DNA of 64,000 bases from Isosphaeraceae bacterium (GTDB lineage Bacteria; Planctomycetota; Planctomycetia; Isosphaerales; Isosphaeraceae), in assembly GCA_965201075.1 (NCBI GenBank), contig CBDAVP010000003.1:1-64000 (forward strand). The letters run 5' to 3'. How positions within the stretch are numbered: position 1 is the first letter of the stretch; each line of letters opens with the position of its first letter. A program made the position numbers and the translations under genes. Of this stretch, positions 1 to 10,817 are shown piece after piece. The notes below the pieces were generated by a model. The model was not told where the DNA came from. It saw only the letters and a program-made list of their open reading frames with translations, and made no database searches.

Positions 1-1
1 C

Positions 2-280
2 CAGACTCACAAGATCGCCCGGTTCCCAATCGTGTTGTACGGCTCCTCGTACTGGAAAGGGCTGCTCGACTGGGTCAAGACGACCCAACTGGGCCAGGGG
101 ATGATCTCGCCCGAGGACTTGAACCTGCTGGTGGTCACCGACTCGGTGGACGAGATTCGCGACATCATGGTCGACTGTTACCAGAAGCGTTGCTGGAGCA
201 CCTGGTCGAAGTCCGAGGGGGCCCGGCTCGACTCCGACCCCTCGCCCGGCCCTGACCCCGCCAAGGCCGACGGCCAGTAA
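2..280 (+). CDS. LOG family (TIGR00730-type) protein, 3' part only
   Basis: Frame open from window edge: QTHKIARFPIVLYGSSYWKGLLDWVK...ISPEDLNLLVVTDSVDE, typical LOG-family C-terminus. Confidence 0.8.
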   Translation, partial: QTHKIARFPIVLYGSSYWKGLLDWVKTTQLGQGMISPEDLNLLVVTDSVDEIRDIMVDCYQKRCWSTWSKSEGARLDSDPSPGPDPAKADGQ

Positions 281-304
281 GCCGCGTTCGAGGAGACTCC
301 GCCG

Positions 305-1024
305 ATGCCGCTCCTGGATCACTTTCGGCCACCACTTGCCCCCCAACGAATGTGGGAGTCTTTCCACTCGGCATGGGCGGTCAAGATCATGGAAACGCTG
401 AACCGCTCGATCTTGCCCCGGAAGGGGTATTTCTCCGAGGCCCAGGTCCACGTCGGCGGGCGGGTCGAGCTCGACGTGGGGTCGTTCGAGAGTGAGGATT
501 TGCTGGAGGAAGGCAACGGTGGCGTGGCCTTGGAACTCTGGGCCCCCCCCAAGGCCGCGATCCGCGTCCCGGCCGTTTTCCCCGACGAGATCGAAATCCA
601 GGTGTTTTCGGACCGATCCGGGGCGACTCTCGTCGGCGCGATCGAACTGGTCTCCCCGGGCAACAAGGATCGGCCCGAGACCCGAAGGGCGTTCGCCCAC
701 AAGTGTGCCAGCTACCTCCAGGCGGGCGTCGGCCTGGTGGTGGTCGACGTGGTGACCGAACGCCTGGCCAACCTCCATGACGAGTTGGCCGAGCGGCTGG
801 ACTGGCCCGACGACACCCACTTCAACGCGGAGATGTCACTCTACGTCGTGAGCTACCGACCCTCGAAACGCGAACCGGGTGGGGACCAGATCGAGGCTTG
901 GCCGGTTCCCTTGACCTTGGGGGAAGCGTTGCCGGTCGTCCCGTTGCCGCTGAGAGGCGGGCCGACCCTGCCGCTGGACCTGGAAGCAACCTACACCGAG
1001 ACCCGCCTGGGGAGCCGCCTGTGA
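305..1024 (+). CDS. DUF4058-type planctomycete protein (Uma2/PD-(D/E)XK-like)
   Basis: MPLLDHFRPPL start, WESFHSAW, AIELVSPGNK and LPLDLEATY motifs; GGAG upstream. Confidence 0.75.
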   Translation: MPLLDHFRPPLAPQRMWESFHSAWAVKIMETLNRSILPRKGYFSEAQVHVGGRVELDVGSFESEDLLEEGNGGVALELWAPPKAAIRVPAVFPDEIEIQVFSDRSGATLVGAIELVSPGNKDRPETRRAFAHKCASYLQAGVGLVVVDVVTERLANLHDELAERLDWPDDTHFNAEMSLYVVSYRPSKREPGGDQIEAWPVPLTLGEALPVVPLPLRGGPTLPLDLEATYTETRLGSRL

Positions 1025-2223
1025 ATCCGGACCCGACCGCCGACTTCCACGCTCTTGACGCGGCCCTCGACCACGATGGGCCCGGGGCGTTGCTCGACCT
1101 CCTGGCGGAGACGTTGATCCAGCGACGCGCTTATCGAGACCTCTTCGACGCCCTGCTGCTGAAGGCGAGGCACGACCTGGGATTGCCTTTGATTCCCGCC
1201 GAAGGACCCGTCGACTGGCCCGAGGCCACCCGTCGCGCCTACGAGGACCGCTATGTCGAGGCCCTGACCTCCGTGGGCCGCCGACTGCTCGACGAAGGGA
1301 AAATCGCCGCGGCCTGGCCCTACTTCCGCACGGCGGGGGAAAAGGCTCCCGTGGTCGAGGCGATCGAGGCGTATCGGCCCGAACCCGGCGACCCTTCGGC
1401 TCGGCTCGACCCCATCCTCGACGTGGCTCTGTATCAAGGGGTCCACCCGGTCAAGGGATTTACCCTGATCCTGGAACATTATGGCGCCTGCCCGGCGATC
1501 ACCGCGTTCGACCAGTTGCCGCCCGACGAGCCGACCCGTGCCGTCTGTGCCGAGCGATTGGTCGGGCACCTGCACGAACAACTCTCGGCCGTTCTTCGCG
1601 CGGAAGTTGGACGGCACGATGGCGTCGAACCTGTCTCCGAATCAAGCCTGACCAGGTTACTCGACGGTCGTCCCTGGCTCTTTGACGACGACGCCTATCA
1701 CCTGGACGTCTCCCATCTGGCGGCGACCGTCCGGGCCTCGCCCCTTTTGAAAGACCCAAAAGCGATCGACCAGGCCATCGACCTGGCGGAGTATGGGTCG
1801 CGGCTTTCGCCGCGCCATCAATATGATGGGGAACCCCCCTTCGACAACCTGTATCGCGATCATCTGCGATACCTGAAGGCGTTGGCTGGCGAGGGCGTCG
1901 AAGCTACCCTGGAACACTTCCGCGGCAGACTTGGGCCGGTCGACCCCGAGCCCCATCCCGGCTCGACGCTTCCCGCTCAGGTGTTGGTCAACCTCCTGTC
2001 CAGGATGGGACAGCTCGACGAGGCGATCGAGGTCGCGTCGACCCACCTGCGAGGATTGCCCGACGCCGCATTGGCCTGTCCGGGGGTCGCCCAGCTTTGC
2101 CGACGCGCGGGTCGACTCGATCAACTCGCCGGGATCGCTCGCGACGGGGGAGACCTCGTTCACTATGCCGCGGCCGTCGTTCAGTCGAACGCGGAGGCCG
2201 AACCGGTCGTTTCGGGATCGTGA
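1021..2223 (+). CDS. Hypothetical alpha-helical protein
   Basis: GTG start overlapping the upstream TGA; ~400 aa ORF with genome-typical codon use; no recognised catalytic motif. Confidence 0.7.
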   Translation: MNPDPTADFHALDAALDHDGPGALLDLLAETLIQRRAYRDLFDALLLKARHDLGLPLIPAEGPVDWPEATRRAYEDRYVEALTSVGRRLLDEGKIAAAWPYFRTAGEKAPVVEAIEAYRPEPGDPSARLDPILDVALYQGVHPVKGFTLILEHYGACPAITAFDQLPPDEPTRAVCAERLVGHLHEQLSAVLRAEVGRHDGVEPVSESSLTRLLDGRPWLFDDDAYHLDVSHLAATVRASPLLKDPKAIDQAIDLAEYGSRLSPRHQYDGEPPFDNLYRDHLRYLKALAGEGVEATLEHFRGRLGPVDPEPHPGSTLPAQVLVNLLSRMGQLDEAIEVASTHLRGLPDAALACPGVAQLCRRAGRLDQLAGIARDGGDLVHYAAAVVQSNAEAEPVVSGS

Positions 2224-2248
2224 ACGCTTTGATTCGGCTGCGATGACC

Positions 2249-2473
2249 TCACGACCCGTCCATCGGATCGGCCTCGTGGTCCCGCAAGGTCAAGCCCGCC
2301 TCGGCAAGCGCCGAGGTGGGCCAGTCCAGGAATCGCGACAGGAGAGCGTCGCGGCCCCAATCCTCATTCTCGATCGCCTCTAGGGGCGGGAGACCAGCCG
2401 AACCCTCGCGAGCGACGAGGATCGCGTATGCCTCGTCCACGCCCAGTTCGACCAACGGCTTCAGCGACGCCAT
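2249..2473 (-). CDS. Small acidic hypothetical protein (74 aa)
   Basis: [19 protein letters not shown]...; start overlaps the stop of the upstream site-2 protease frame. Confidence 0.55.
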   Translation of the reverse strand: MASLKPLVELGVDEAYAILVAREGSAGLPPLEAIENEDWGRDALLSRFLDWPTSALAEAGLTLRDHEADPMDGS

Positions 2474-3248
2474 GATGAATGTCCGGGCGAGGAGGTCACC
2501 ACGATCGGCACAAGTTGCCAGGCCCCTCGGCCTTGGTTGACCCATCGGTAGCCCGGCGGAGTCCGCCATGCCTCAACGTGGTGGTCGCCGCGGTCGTCGT
2601 CGTGGCGGTCGCGTTCCTCATAACGGGCTTGCTGCAACTCGTTGCCCGCGGCGAGATAAAGGAACGCGGCCAATACCAGGTGCAGCAACAAGACGTGGCC
2701 GAAACCCAGTTCCACCACCGGCAGGGCGATGGCCAGGGCCTGACCCAGGGTCGCCGCGACCTCCGTGGCTCGCAAGCGACCGAAAGGGACGCTCAGCAAG
2801 GCTCGGAGGACCCGCCCGCCGTCCATCGGGAACGCCGGGATCAGGTTAAACAACGCCAGCACCAGGTTGGCGTCGATCAAATAGGTGGTGAACCGTCCCC
2901 CCCAGGGCAGAATTGCCAGGACCGCCGCGATGGCCAGGTTCACCGCCGGGCCGGCCAGCGCGATCAACAACTCAGCGCCCGGAGCCCGGGGCATCCGTCT
3001 CAGGCGGGCCGGGCCACCCCGCCGATTGGGTAGAGAGTGATGTCCTCGGTCGTGATGCCGAAGTGTCGGGCCGTCAGGGCGTGCCCAAATTCATGCAGAA
3101 GCACGCAACCGAAGATGGCCGAGGTCAGAGCCACCCCACCCACGCCCGAGTGACCGCTCAGGCCGATCATCGCCAGCAAAAGGAGCAAGGTCGGGTGCAG
3201 GAACACGTCGATGCCCGCCACCCGACCGACTTTCCAGGACATACGCAT
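2461..3248 (-). pseudogene. Site-2 protease (M50) gene, frameshifted
   Basis: HEFGH (HExxH) in the 5' ORF; AGPAVN and [11 protein letters not shown] in the 3' ORF in another frame; 5-bp duplication at 3005-3014 shifts the frame. Confidence 0.85.
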
Positions 3249-3381
3249 CGGAATGATCATCCTTTCCGCCACGAGGGCGAACTACCTGATTGTAGTTCGT
3301 CCCACGCGGACGGAAAGTTCGCGGCGGATCGGGCGAGAGATTTCCCGGGAGAGCAGGCGGCTCCGCCGGGAAGGTGGGCTC

Positions 3382-4755
<1,374 letters not shown>

Positions 4756-4953
4756 GGCGTCGTTTCCTTGTGGCGATTCGATTGAGCCCCGGCTCGGACA
4801 GTTCTCCGAGAACGATGGCCAGTCCAGCAATGTTCGATCCATCGTCCCGCGCGGAACCGGGCGATTCAAGGGATTCCCCGGGGATTTTGGCAGACGAATC
4901 GGGTTTCGCCCATGCCCGTCGGCTCGCTCGCCCGCATGGCTCGGCCGGCGGAT

Positions 4954-6219
4954 TCAACGAGCGAGCAAGTCGGGCCGGGGGAAGGTCAGCCCTTTGACCG
5001 AGACGTCCACCTCGGGCCATTGGCGGGAGCGGGTCACGACCTCGAAGCCCCGGCCGTCGATGACGACCGTGTCCTCGGAACGAGCCCCTCCCACCCCGGG
5101 CGACCAGCGAAGGGCGCAATCGAAGTCGAGGACGCGGGAATCATCGGGCTTCAGGGGGAATTCTCGGGGGGCGTAGCCGGTGGCATACCCCTGGTGGTCG
5201 AGTTCCCACTCGTCAAGTCGGCCAAACTTCTCGTAAATACGGCGAGCGCGTTTCAAGATTTCGTCGACCCTCGCGCCCGGCCGGGAAAAGACAATGCACG
5301 TGGCAGCGACCATCGTGCTGAGATCCTGAGCGGCACGGAAGGCGGGGTCGGGAGGGCCGAAGGTGACCACGCGGGTCGCCGCGGCGCAGAGACCCTGGCG
5401 GGTGCCGGCGGCCGAGAGAACCGCCCGCTCGCGGATCGGCAGCGGCTTGCTCGGGGCGCGGCGAAACCTCGCCGAGCGTTCGTCGCCCACCACGCGAATC
5501 TCGTTGGGGGTGATTCCCTCCCTCAGGAAGCGATGGGCGACCTGGGCCGCTACCTCCAACTCGGTCTGTCCGGGCTCGAAGGTCCGGGCCACGGCCTCCA
5601 GCGTCGAGGCCAGGACCCGGCCGAGTTCCTTGAGGCGGCGCCGGTCGAGTTCCGTCAGGGCCAGGCGGAGAGGTCGCAATCGTTCCATCGCGTCGGGCAG
5701 GCCGCGAACCATTCCGTCCCCGGCGAGTTTCCGGCCCCCGCCGAGGTCGGCGACCAGACGGGCCGGGTCGTCGGCCCAGGGGCGTTCCTTGATCTGGAAT
5801 CCCAGGCCGGCCGCCTCCTCCTCAAAGGCACGCGCCCCTTCCACATTGTCGGTCAGCAGAGCGCGGGTCTGGCGGTTGACGTAGGCCCTTACCGAGGCGG
5901 CGCCGCCGCCCAATCCCTCGGCGAAATCTCCCCCGGCGGTCAGCCAGGCGAGCGAGTCAGCGCGGCCGAGTACCACCGCGTCGTACCCGCAGGCGTCCAG
6001 GAACAGGACGAGTCTCCGGTGCTTCTCGTCCACATCGGCCCTCCTGACCGCGACCGCTTCGTCGGCATGGTCCAGCGTCGGATCGGGCGGAGTGGGGACG
6101 GGGGCGCTGGCCGGTTGGTGGGCGAGTCTCAAGACTGGATCGCCCGTCGGGCCCGCGATCGCGATCGTCGCCGCGGTCGTTGCCAGGAGCGCCGGTACGG
6201 GCACGACGTCCGAGGGCAT
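4954..6219 (-). CDS. M24 (pita-bread fold) peptidase/creatinase-like protein
   Basis: GQTELEVAA, TRVVTFG, DHQG and RSEDTVVI motifs. Confidence 0.8.
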   Translation of the reverse strand: MPSDVVPVPALLATTAATIAIAGPTGDPVLRLAHQPASAPVPTPPDPTLDHADEAVAVRRADVDEKHRRLVLFLDACGYDAVVLGRADSLAWLTAGGDFAEGLGGGAASVRAYVNRQTRALLTDNVEGARAFEEEAAGLGFQIKERPWADDPARLVADLGGGRKLAGDGMVRGLPDAMERLRPLRLALTELDRRRLKELGRVLASTLEAVARTFEPGQTELEVAAQVAHRFLREGITPNEIRVVGDERSARFRRAPSKPLPIRERAVLSAAGTRQGLCAAATRVVTFGPPDPAFRAAQDLSTMVAATCIVFSRPGARVDEILKRARRIYEKFGRLDEWELDHQGYATGYAPREFPLKPDDSRVLDFDCALRWSPGVGGARSEDTVVIDGRGFEVVTRSRQWPEVDVSVKGLTFPRPDLLAR

Positions 6220-6535
6220 GGATCTCCTTCCGGGGCCGAGGGAGACGGAGTGTTCCGACCCATCAGGCGGAATCTATCTTTCCAGGCCCCGTGGCCGATT
6301 GCAAGCGAGGTCGTCAGCGGGTCATCGGGCCGCAAGCCACGCCCCACGCCCACGGCCCGCGATTTGCTTCCGGAATCCGAAGTGATCGGGTCGCGAGATC
6401 GCCTCCACCACGACCAATTCGACGGATTCGCCGTCCTCATTGCGGTGAAGCGATTTTCAAGAACCGTTCCGATGCGTGGTTGAACCCTGGAAACGGTCGG
6501 GAGAACGCGCCATGAGGGCGACGTTCGGTGAAAAC

Positions 6536-6895
6536 ATGAGGGTTCTCCTCGTTGAGGACGCCCCTTTTCTTCGCTACGCCTTTGGCCGTCTGCTGCGACT
6601 GCACGGCTTCGAGGTGCGCGAGGCGACGGACGGTCAGGCGGCGCTCAATGCCCTTGATGACTTCCGCCCGCAACTGATCCTGACGGATCTGATGATGCCG
6701 GTGATGGACGGGATCGAGATGATCCGTCGAGTCCGTGCCGAACCCGCCCACGCCCACATCCCGATCGTGGCCATCACGGCAGATGCGACCGAGCAGGCCG
6801 AACGCCAGGCCAGGGAAGCGGGCGCAATCGACGTCATTACCAAGCCAATCGACCTGCCCGCCCTCCTCGAACGCCTCGGAGGGTTGGACCTTTAG
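6536..6895 (+). CDS. Single-domain response regulator (CheY-like)
   Basis: VLLVED, LTDLMMPVMDG (phospho-Asp), ITA, TKP; alternative start at 6512. Confidence 0.9.
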   Translation: MRVLLVEDAPFLRYAFGRLLRLHGFEVREATDGQAALNALDDFRPQLILTDLMMPVMDGIEMIRRVRAEPAHAHIPIVAITADATEQAERQAREAGAIDVITKPIDLPALLERLGGLDL

Positions 6896-6932
6896 GCCGA
6901 TAAGGTTGAGCGCGGTTTCGCGAGGGTTCCCC

Positions 6933-8948
6933 TCAGCGCTGGTGAGTGAAGTTTCTCAGATAGGTGAGGTGGAGGTCCTGACCCAGGGTGAACACCATCA
7001 GGGTGAGTACCAAGACCAGGCCCACAAGTACAAATCGGCCCGCGATGGCCTCGGGTAATGGCTTGCCGTTGATCTTCTCACCCACGAGCAACAGAAGCTG
7101 ACCGCCGTCGAGCGGTGGGATCGGCAAGATGTTGAGGGCGGCGAGGTTGAGACTGAGCATCGCCAGGAATCGCATCAAGGGGATAATGCCCTCGGCGGCA
7201 ATGTTCTTGCCGATTCGGAAGATGCCGATCGGCCCTGCGAGCCCCTTACGGCTGACGCGTCCTTGAAACAGGCTCTGGATCATGCGGGGCATCGAGAGCA
7301 AGGCCGTGGTCGTGTCCTCGTAGGCTAGTCGAGCCGACCGAGCGAACCCCTGGGGCGGCAGGATACGAGTCTGCGCTTCCAGGACCAACCCACGCTGAGT
7401 GCTGTACCAATCGGCGACGGGGGCCGAGACGAGCGTGACCGAAGGTTGTCCGTCAAGGGTCAGGACGACGTCCCCGGCCGGGACCTGCTGCATCACCTCG
7501 AACGCTCCGACCCAACTGAGCCCCGGTTCGTCAAAGGAAAGGTCGACCGGCTCCGGCGTTTCCTTCCCTCGCTTGGCGGGGGCCGGGAACCGGGCGGACA
7601 GGATGCGAGCCCCCGGCTTGATCTTGCCGGTGGCCGGGGACCCTTCGGGGACACTCGCCACGACCGGACGGACTTCGTAGGCGATGCCCAGCGGCTCAAC
7701 TTCCAGGGCCGACTCGCTGATCGTCATGGACGCACGCGCCGGGCGGTCGTCGGGGGTGACGATCAGGGTCTTGAGTTCCTTGGAGGAACTGCCTGCGACG
7801 GTCCGTTGGACCTCGAAACTCCAGGGTTGGCCTGCGTGGGCCGCCGCTTGCTCGGGGAGGCGGAGTGGGTCGAAGGTGGATTTCCCGTCAACCTTGACGA
7901 TGACGTCACCAGCCAGAAAGCCAGCGCGGGCCGCGGGCGAGTCGGGCCGGACCCCCAGGATTGGCCCGATCTCCATGTTCAGGCCCAGGTCGAGCATGTG
8001 AACCGGGGGAAGCGTGGCCACGGTCGTTTTCACGGCCTGTTCCGCTTTCCCACGAGGCTTCGCGTGGTCGACCTCAATGGTCAGGGGCCGATTGGCATTT
8101 CGCGCGGACAGATCGCGGAAGGCTAAGGCGTCGGCGAGAGGTTGGGGCGGTTCGCCCAAAACCCCGGCCTTCACGATCGTGTCCCCGCCAGCCAGGTCCT
8201 TCGGACCCTCGACTCCCATTCCGGCTCCCGTCGGCAGAAGAAATGGCGTCGTCTCATCCAGGGTTAGACTCCGGACATTGGCCACGCCGACAGTGGGGGC
8301 AGGCTCTCCATCGGCCCTCCGGGGTTCGATGACTTTCCTCAACTCCCCAGACACCCCCGACCGCTGGATGTCGAAGACGACTTTCTGACCCCGGCCTGAG
8401 AGGATCGAGGCGTTGCGGACCTTATCCCAGTTGACACCTCGTTCGCCGTCCACGGCGACGATCGTGTCGCCAGGCTCGATGCCCGCCACGTACGCGGGCG
8501 ATCCCGGCCCCACCCCTCCGACGATCCCGGGAATCTCACGAACCCCACCAATCAGATAGGTCGAGGCGTACAGGGCCCAGCCCAGGATGGCGTTCATCAC
8601 CACCCCGGCGACGAGGATCGACATCCGGGCCCCGACGGGCCGGTTGCCGAAGGCGCGAGGGTCGGCCGCCGCCTGGGCGTCCTCGGACTCGTGCCCGACC
8701 TCGCCAGTATGCTCGCCGAGCATGCTGACGTATCCGCCCAGGGGTAGTGCGCCGATGCCGTACGTCGTCTCGCCGTACTTGAACTGACAGATCCGCAGGC
8801 CCCAGGGGTCGAACCCGACGAAGAATCGCTCGACCTTTACCTTGTTAAGTTTCGCCAGGGCGAAGTGGCCCAACTCGTGGAAGAAGATCACGAAGCCCAG
8901 GCCCACCACGACCATGAGGATCGACCCAACGTCATTCAAGATGTCCAA
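6933..8948 (-). CDS. rseP: RIP metalloprotease RseP with PDZ domains
   Basis: FHELGHF, NILPIPPLDGG, PDZ 'SPA..AG...GD' repeats; directly downstream of dxr. Confidence 0.9.
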   Translation of the reverse strand: MDILNDVGSILMVVVGLGFVIFFHELGHFALAKLNKVKVERFFVGFDPWGLRICQFKYGETTYGIGALPLGGYVSMLGEHTGEVGHESEDAQAAADPRAFGNRPVGARMSILVAGVVMNAILGWALYASTYLIGGVREIPGIVGGVGPGSPAYVAGIEPGDTIVAVDGERGVNWDKVRNASILSGRGQKVVFDIQRSGVSGELRKVIEPRRADGEPAPTVGVANVRSLTLDETTPFLLPTGAGMGVEGPKDLAGGDTIVKAGVLGEPPQPLADALAFRDLSARNANRPLTIEVDHAKPRGKAEQAVKTTVATLPPVHMLDLGLNMEIGPILGVRPDSPAARAGFLAGDVIVKVDGKSTFDPLRLPEQAAAHAGQPWSFEVQRTVAGSSSKELKTLIVTPDDRPARASMTISESALEVEPLGIAYEVRPVVASVPEGSPATGKIKPGARILSARFPAPAKRGKETPEPVDLSFDEPGLSWVGAFEVMQQVPAGDVVLTLDGQPSVTLVSAPVADWYSTQRGLVLEAQTRILPPQGFARSARLAYEDTTTALLSMPRMIQSLFQGRVSRKGLAGPIGIFRIGKNIAAEGIIPLMRFLAMLSLNLAALNILPIPPLDGGQLLLLVGEKINGKPLPEAIAGRFVLVGLVLVLTLMVFTLGQDLHLTYLRNFTHQR

Positions 8949-10102
8949 CGAGCAACCTCCTGTCGGGCCCAGGCGTCAACCTTCCAGAGGTCGTCCAGGG
9001 CGGGTCGCGGGTCGAAGGTATGGTTTTCCAGCGCCGCCCGGCAGGCGCGCGGAATGTCGAGGAAGCGAATCGTCCCAGCCAGGAATCGTTCCACCGCGGC
9101 CTCGTTGGCCGCGTTCAAGGCTGCCCCGGCCGTGCCGCCTCGCCTCATGACCTCGAAGCCCAGGTCCAGGCAGGGGAAGGTCTCGCGGTCGGGCGGCTCG
9201 AAGTGGAGGGCCATCATCCGGGTCAGGTCCAGCAAAGGGCAGGGGCCGGGCACCCGGTCCGGGTAGGTCAGGGCGAACTGGATCGGCAACCGCATGTCCG
9301 GCGGCGAGAGTTGGGCCACCACGCTGCCGTCGACGAATTCGACCATGGAGTGGACCACGCTCTCGGGGTGGACCACCACCTCGATCTGTTCGGGACGCAG
9401 GTCGAACAGCCAGCGGGCCTCGATCACCTCCAGCGCCTTGTTCATCAAGGTCGCCGAGTCGACCGAAATCTTCGGCCCCATGTTCCAGGTCGGGTGCTTC
9501 AACGCCTGTTCGGGAGTGACGCTAGCCAGTTCCCGACGGGACTTGCCGCGAAATGGACCCCCCGAGGAGGTCAGGATCACCCGGCGGACCTCTCGCCCAG
9601 TTCCGGATCGCAACGCCTGGAAAATGGCCGAATGCTCGCTATCAACGGGCAGCAACGGCACACCTCGCCTCGCGGCCAGACCCATGACCAGGGGGCCGGC
9701 GACAACGAGCGTTTCCTTGTTGGCAAGCGCCACCGCCTTGCCAGCCTCCAGGGCGGCCCAGGTTCCCCGCAACCCCGCGGCTCCCACGATCGCCGAGAGA
9801 ACCTTATCGACCTCCGGGGCCGTGGCGAGACGTTCCACTCCCTCGGGCCCGACCAGAACCTCGGCCCCCGTGCCGGAAAACTGTCCATCGAGTTGCGACG
9901 CCGCTTCGTGATCGGCGACCACAACATATCGCGGGCGGAATTCCCTGGCCTGCTGGGCCAGTTCGGCGACTCGACGATGCGCGGCCAGACCAACGGCTCG
10001 GAGACGTTGGCCGCCATCATGCCCGATCACGCTCAAGGCACTCCGGCCGATGGAGCCGGTGGAGCCGAGGATGGCGACGTTCTGGCCAGTGGCCTCGGGC
10101 AT
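8936..10102 (-). CDS. dxr: 1-deoxy-D-xylulose 5-phosphate reductoisomerase
   Basis: ILGSTGSIG, LANKE, PVDSEHSAIFQ, HPTWNMGPKI, NKALEVIEA. Confidence 0.98.
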   Translation of the reverse strand: MPEATGQNVAILGSTGSIGRSALSVIGHDGGQRLRAVGLAAHRRVAELAQQAREFRPRYVVVADHEAASQLDGQFSGTGAEVLVGPEGVERLATAPEVDKVLSAIVGAAGLRGTWAALEAGKAVALANKETLVVAGPLVMGLAARRGVPLLPVDSEHSAIFQALRSGTGREVRRVILTSSGGPFRGKSRRELASVTPEQALKHPTWNMGPKISVDSATLMNKALEVIEARWLFDLRPEQIEVVVHPESVVHSMVEFVDGSVVAQLSPPDMRLPIQFALTYPDRVPGPCPLLDLTRMMALHFEPPDRETFPCLDLGFEVMRRGGTAGAALNAANEAAVERFLAGTIRFLDIPRACRAALENHTFDPRPALDDLWKVDAWARQEVARWTS

Positions 10103-10192
10103 GGACGGGACGCCTCGCAGCGGGACCGGCGGGCAGGCCGGCTCGCCGTCGGGGACGGGCCGCTGGACGATCCGCGGCGGCCGGCTCCCGGG

Positions 10193-10657
10193 TCACGATT
10201 GTAGGGGGAGTGGCCCTGGCCGACAAGCATCCGGGGCAAACCCCTCAAGACGGCCGGAGAACCGCTTCAGACGGGCCAGGAGGTCGGGGACCCTCAGGGG
10301 CTTGCAGGAGAAGGAGTCGCAGCCCGCCAGATACGCCTCGACCGCGCCTCCATCCGAATCATTCGCTGAGACCGCCAGAACGGGAATATGTCGGGTCCGA
10401 TCATCGGTCTTGAGACGTCGGGTCGCCTCCAACCCGCCCATGCCGGGCATCCTGAGGTCCATCAGAATTGCCGTGGGAGCGAAGGTCCACGCCTTCTCCA
10501 CGGCCTCCTGACCGTTGCAGGCGACCTCGCAGGTCAGTCCCAGGCGAGTCAGGAGGAGGCGCAACGCCCATCGGCCATCCGGGTCATCCTCGGCGATCAA
10601 AACTCGGATCGTCCCGCGTGAATCACTCGGGGCAGGGCTGAACGCGCGATATGCCAT
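10193..10657 (-). CDS. Single-domain response regulator
   Basis: VLIAEDD, LMDLRMPGMGGLEATRRLK, CKP; the longer upstream extension overlaps the opposite-strand gene. Confidence 0.8.
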   Translation of the reverse strand: MAYRAFSPAPSDSRGTIRVLIAEDDPDGRWALRLLLTRLGLTCEVACNGQEAVEKAWTFAPTAILMDLRMPGMGGLEATRRLKTDDRTRHIPVLAVSANDSDGGAVEAYLAGCDSFSCKPLRVPDLLARLKRFSGRLEGFAPDACRPGPLPLQS

Positions 10658-10817
10658 CAGATCCGCACATCCCCTGGGGATGCCCTCCCGGCTCGAAATT
10701 TGCGGCGTCCTGCTGTGCGTCTGGTTGACTAAGTGCAATTGCAGTACCAAAAATTTGACCGCCGGGGGACGTGGAACCCAAACCGAACCCGTCGTCACCT
10801 CGATCGAGGCAACTCTC

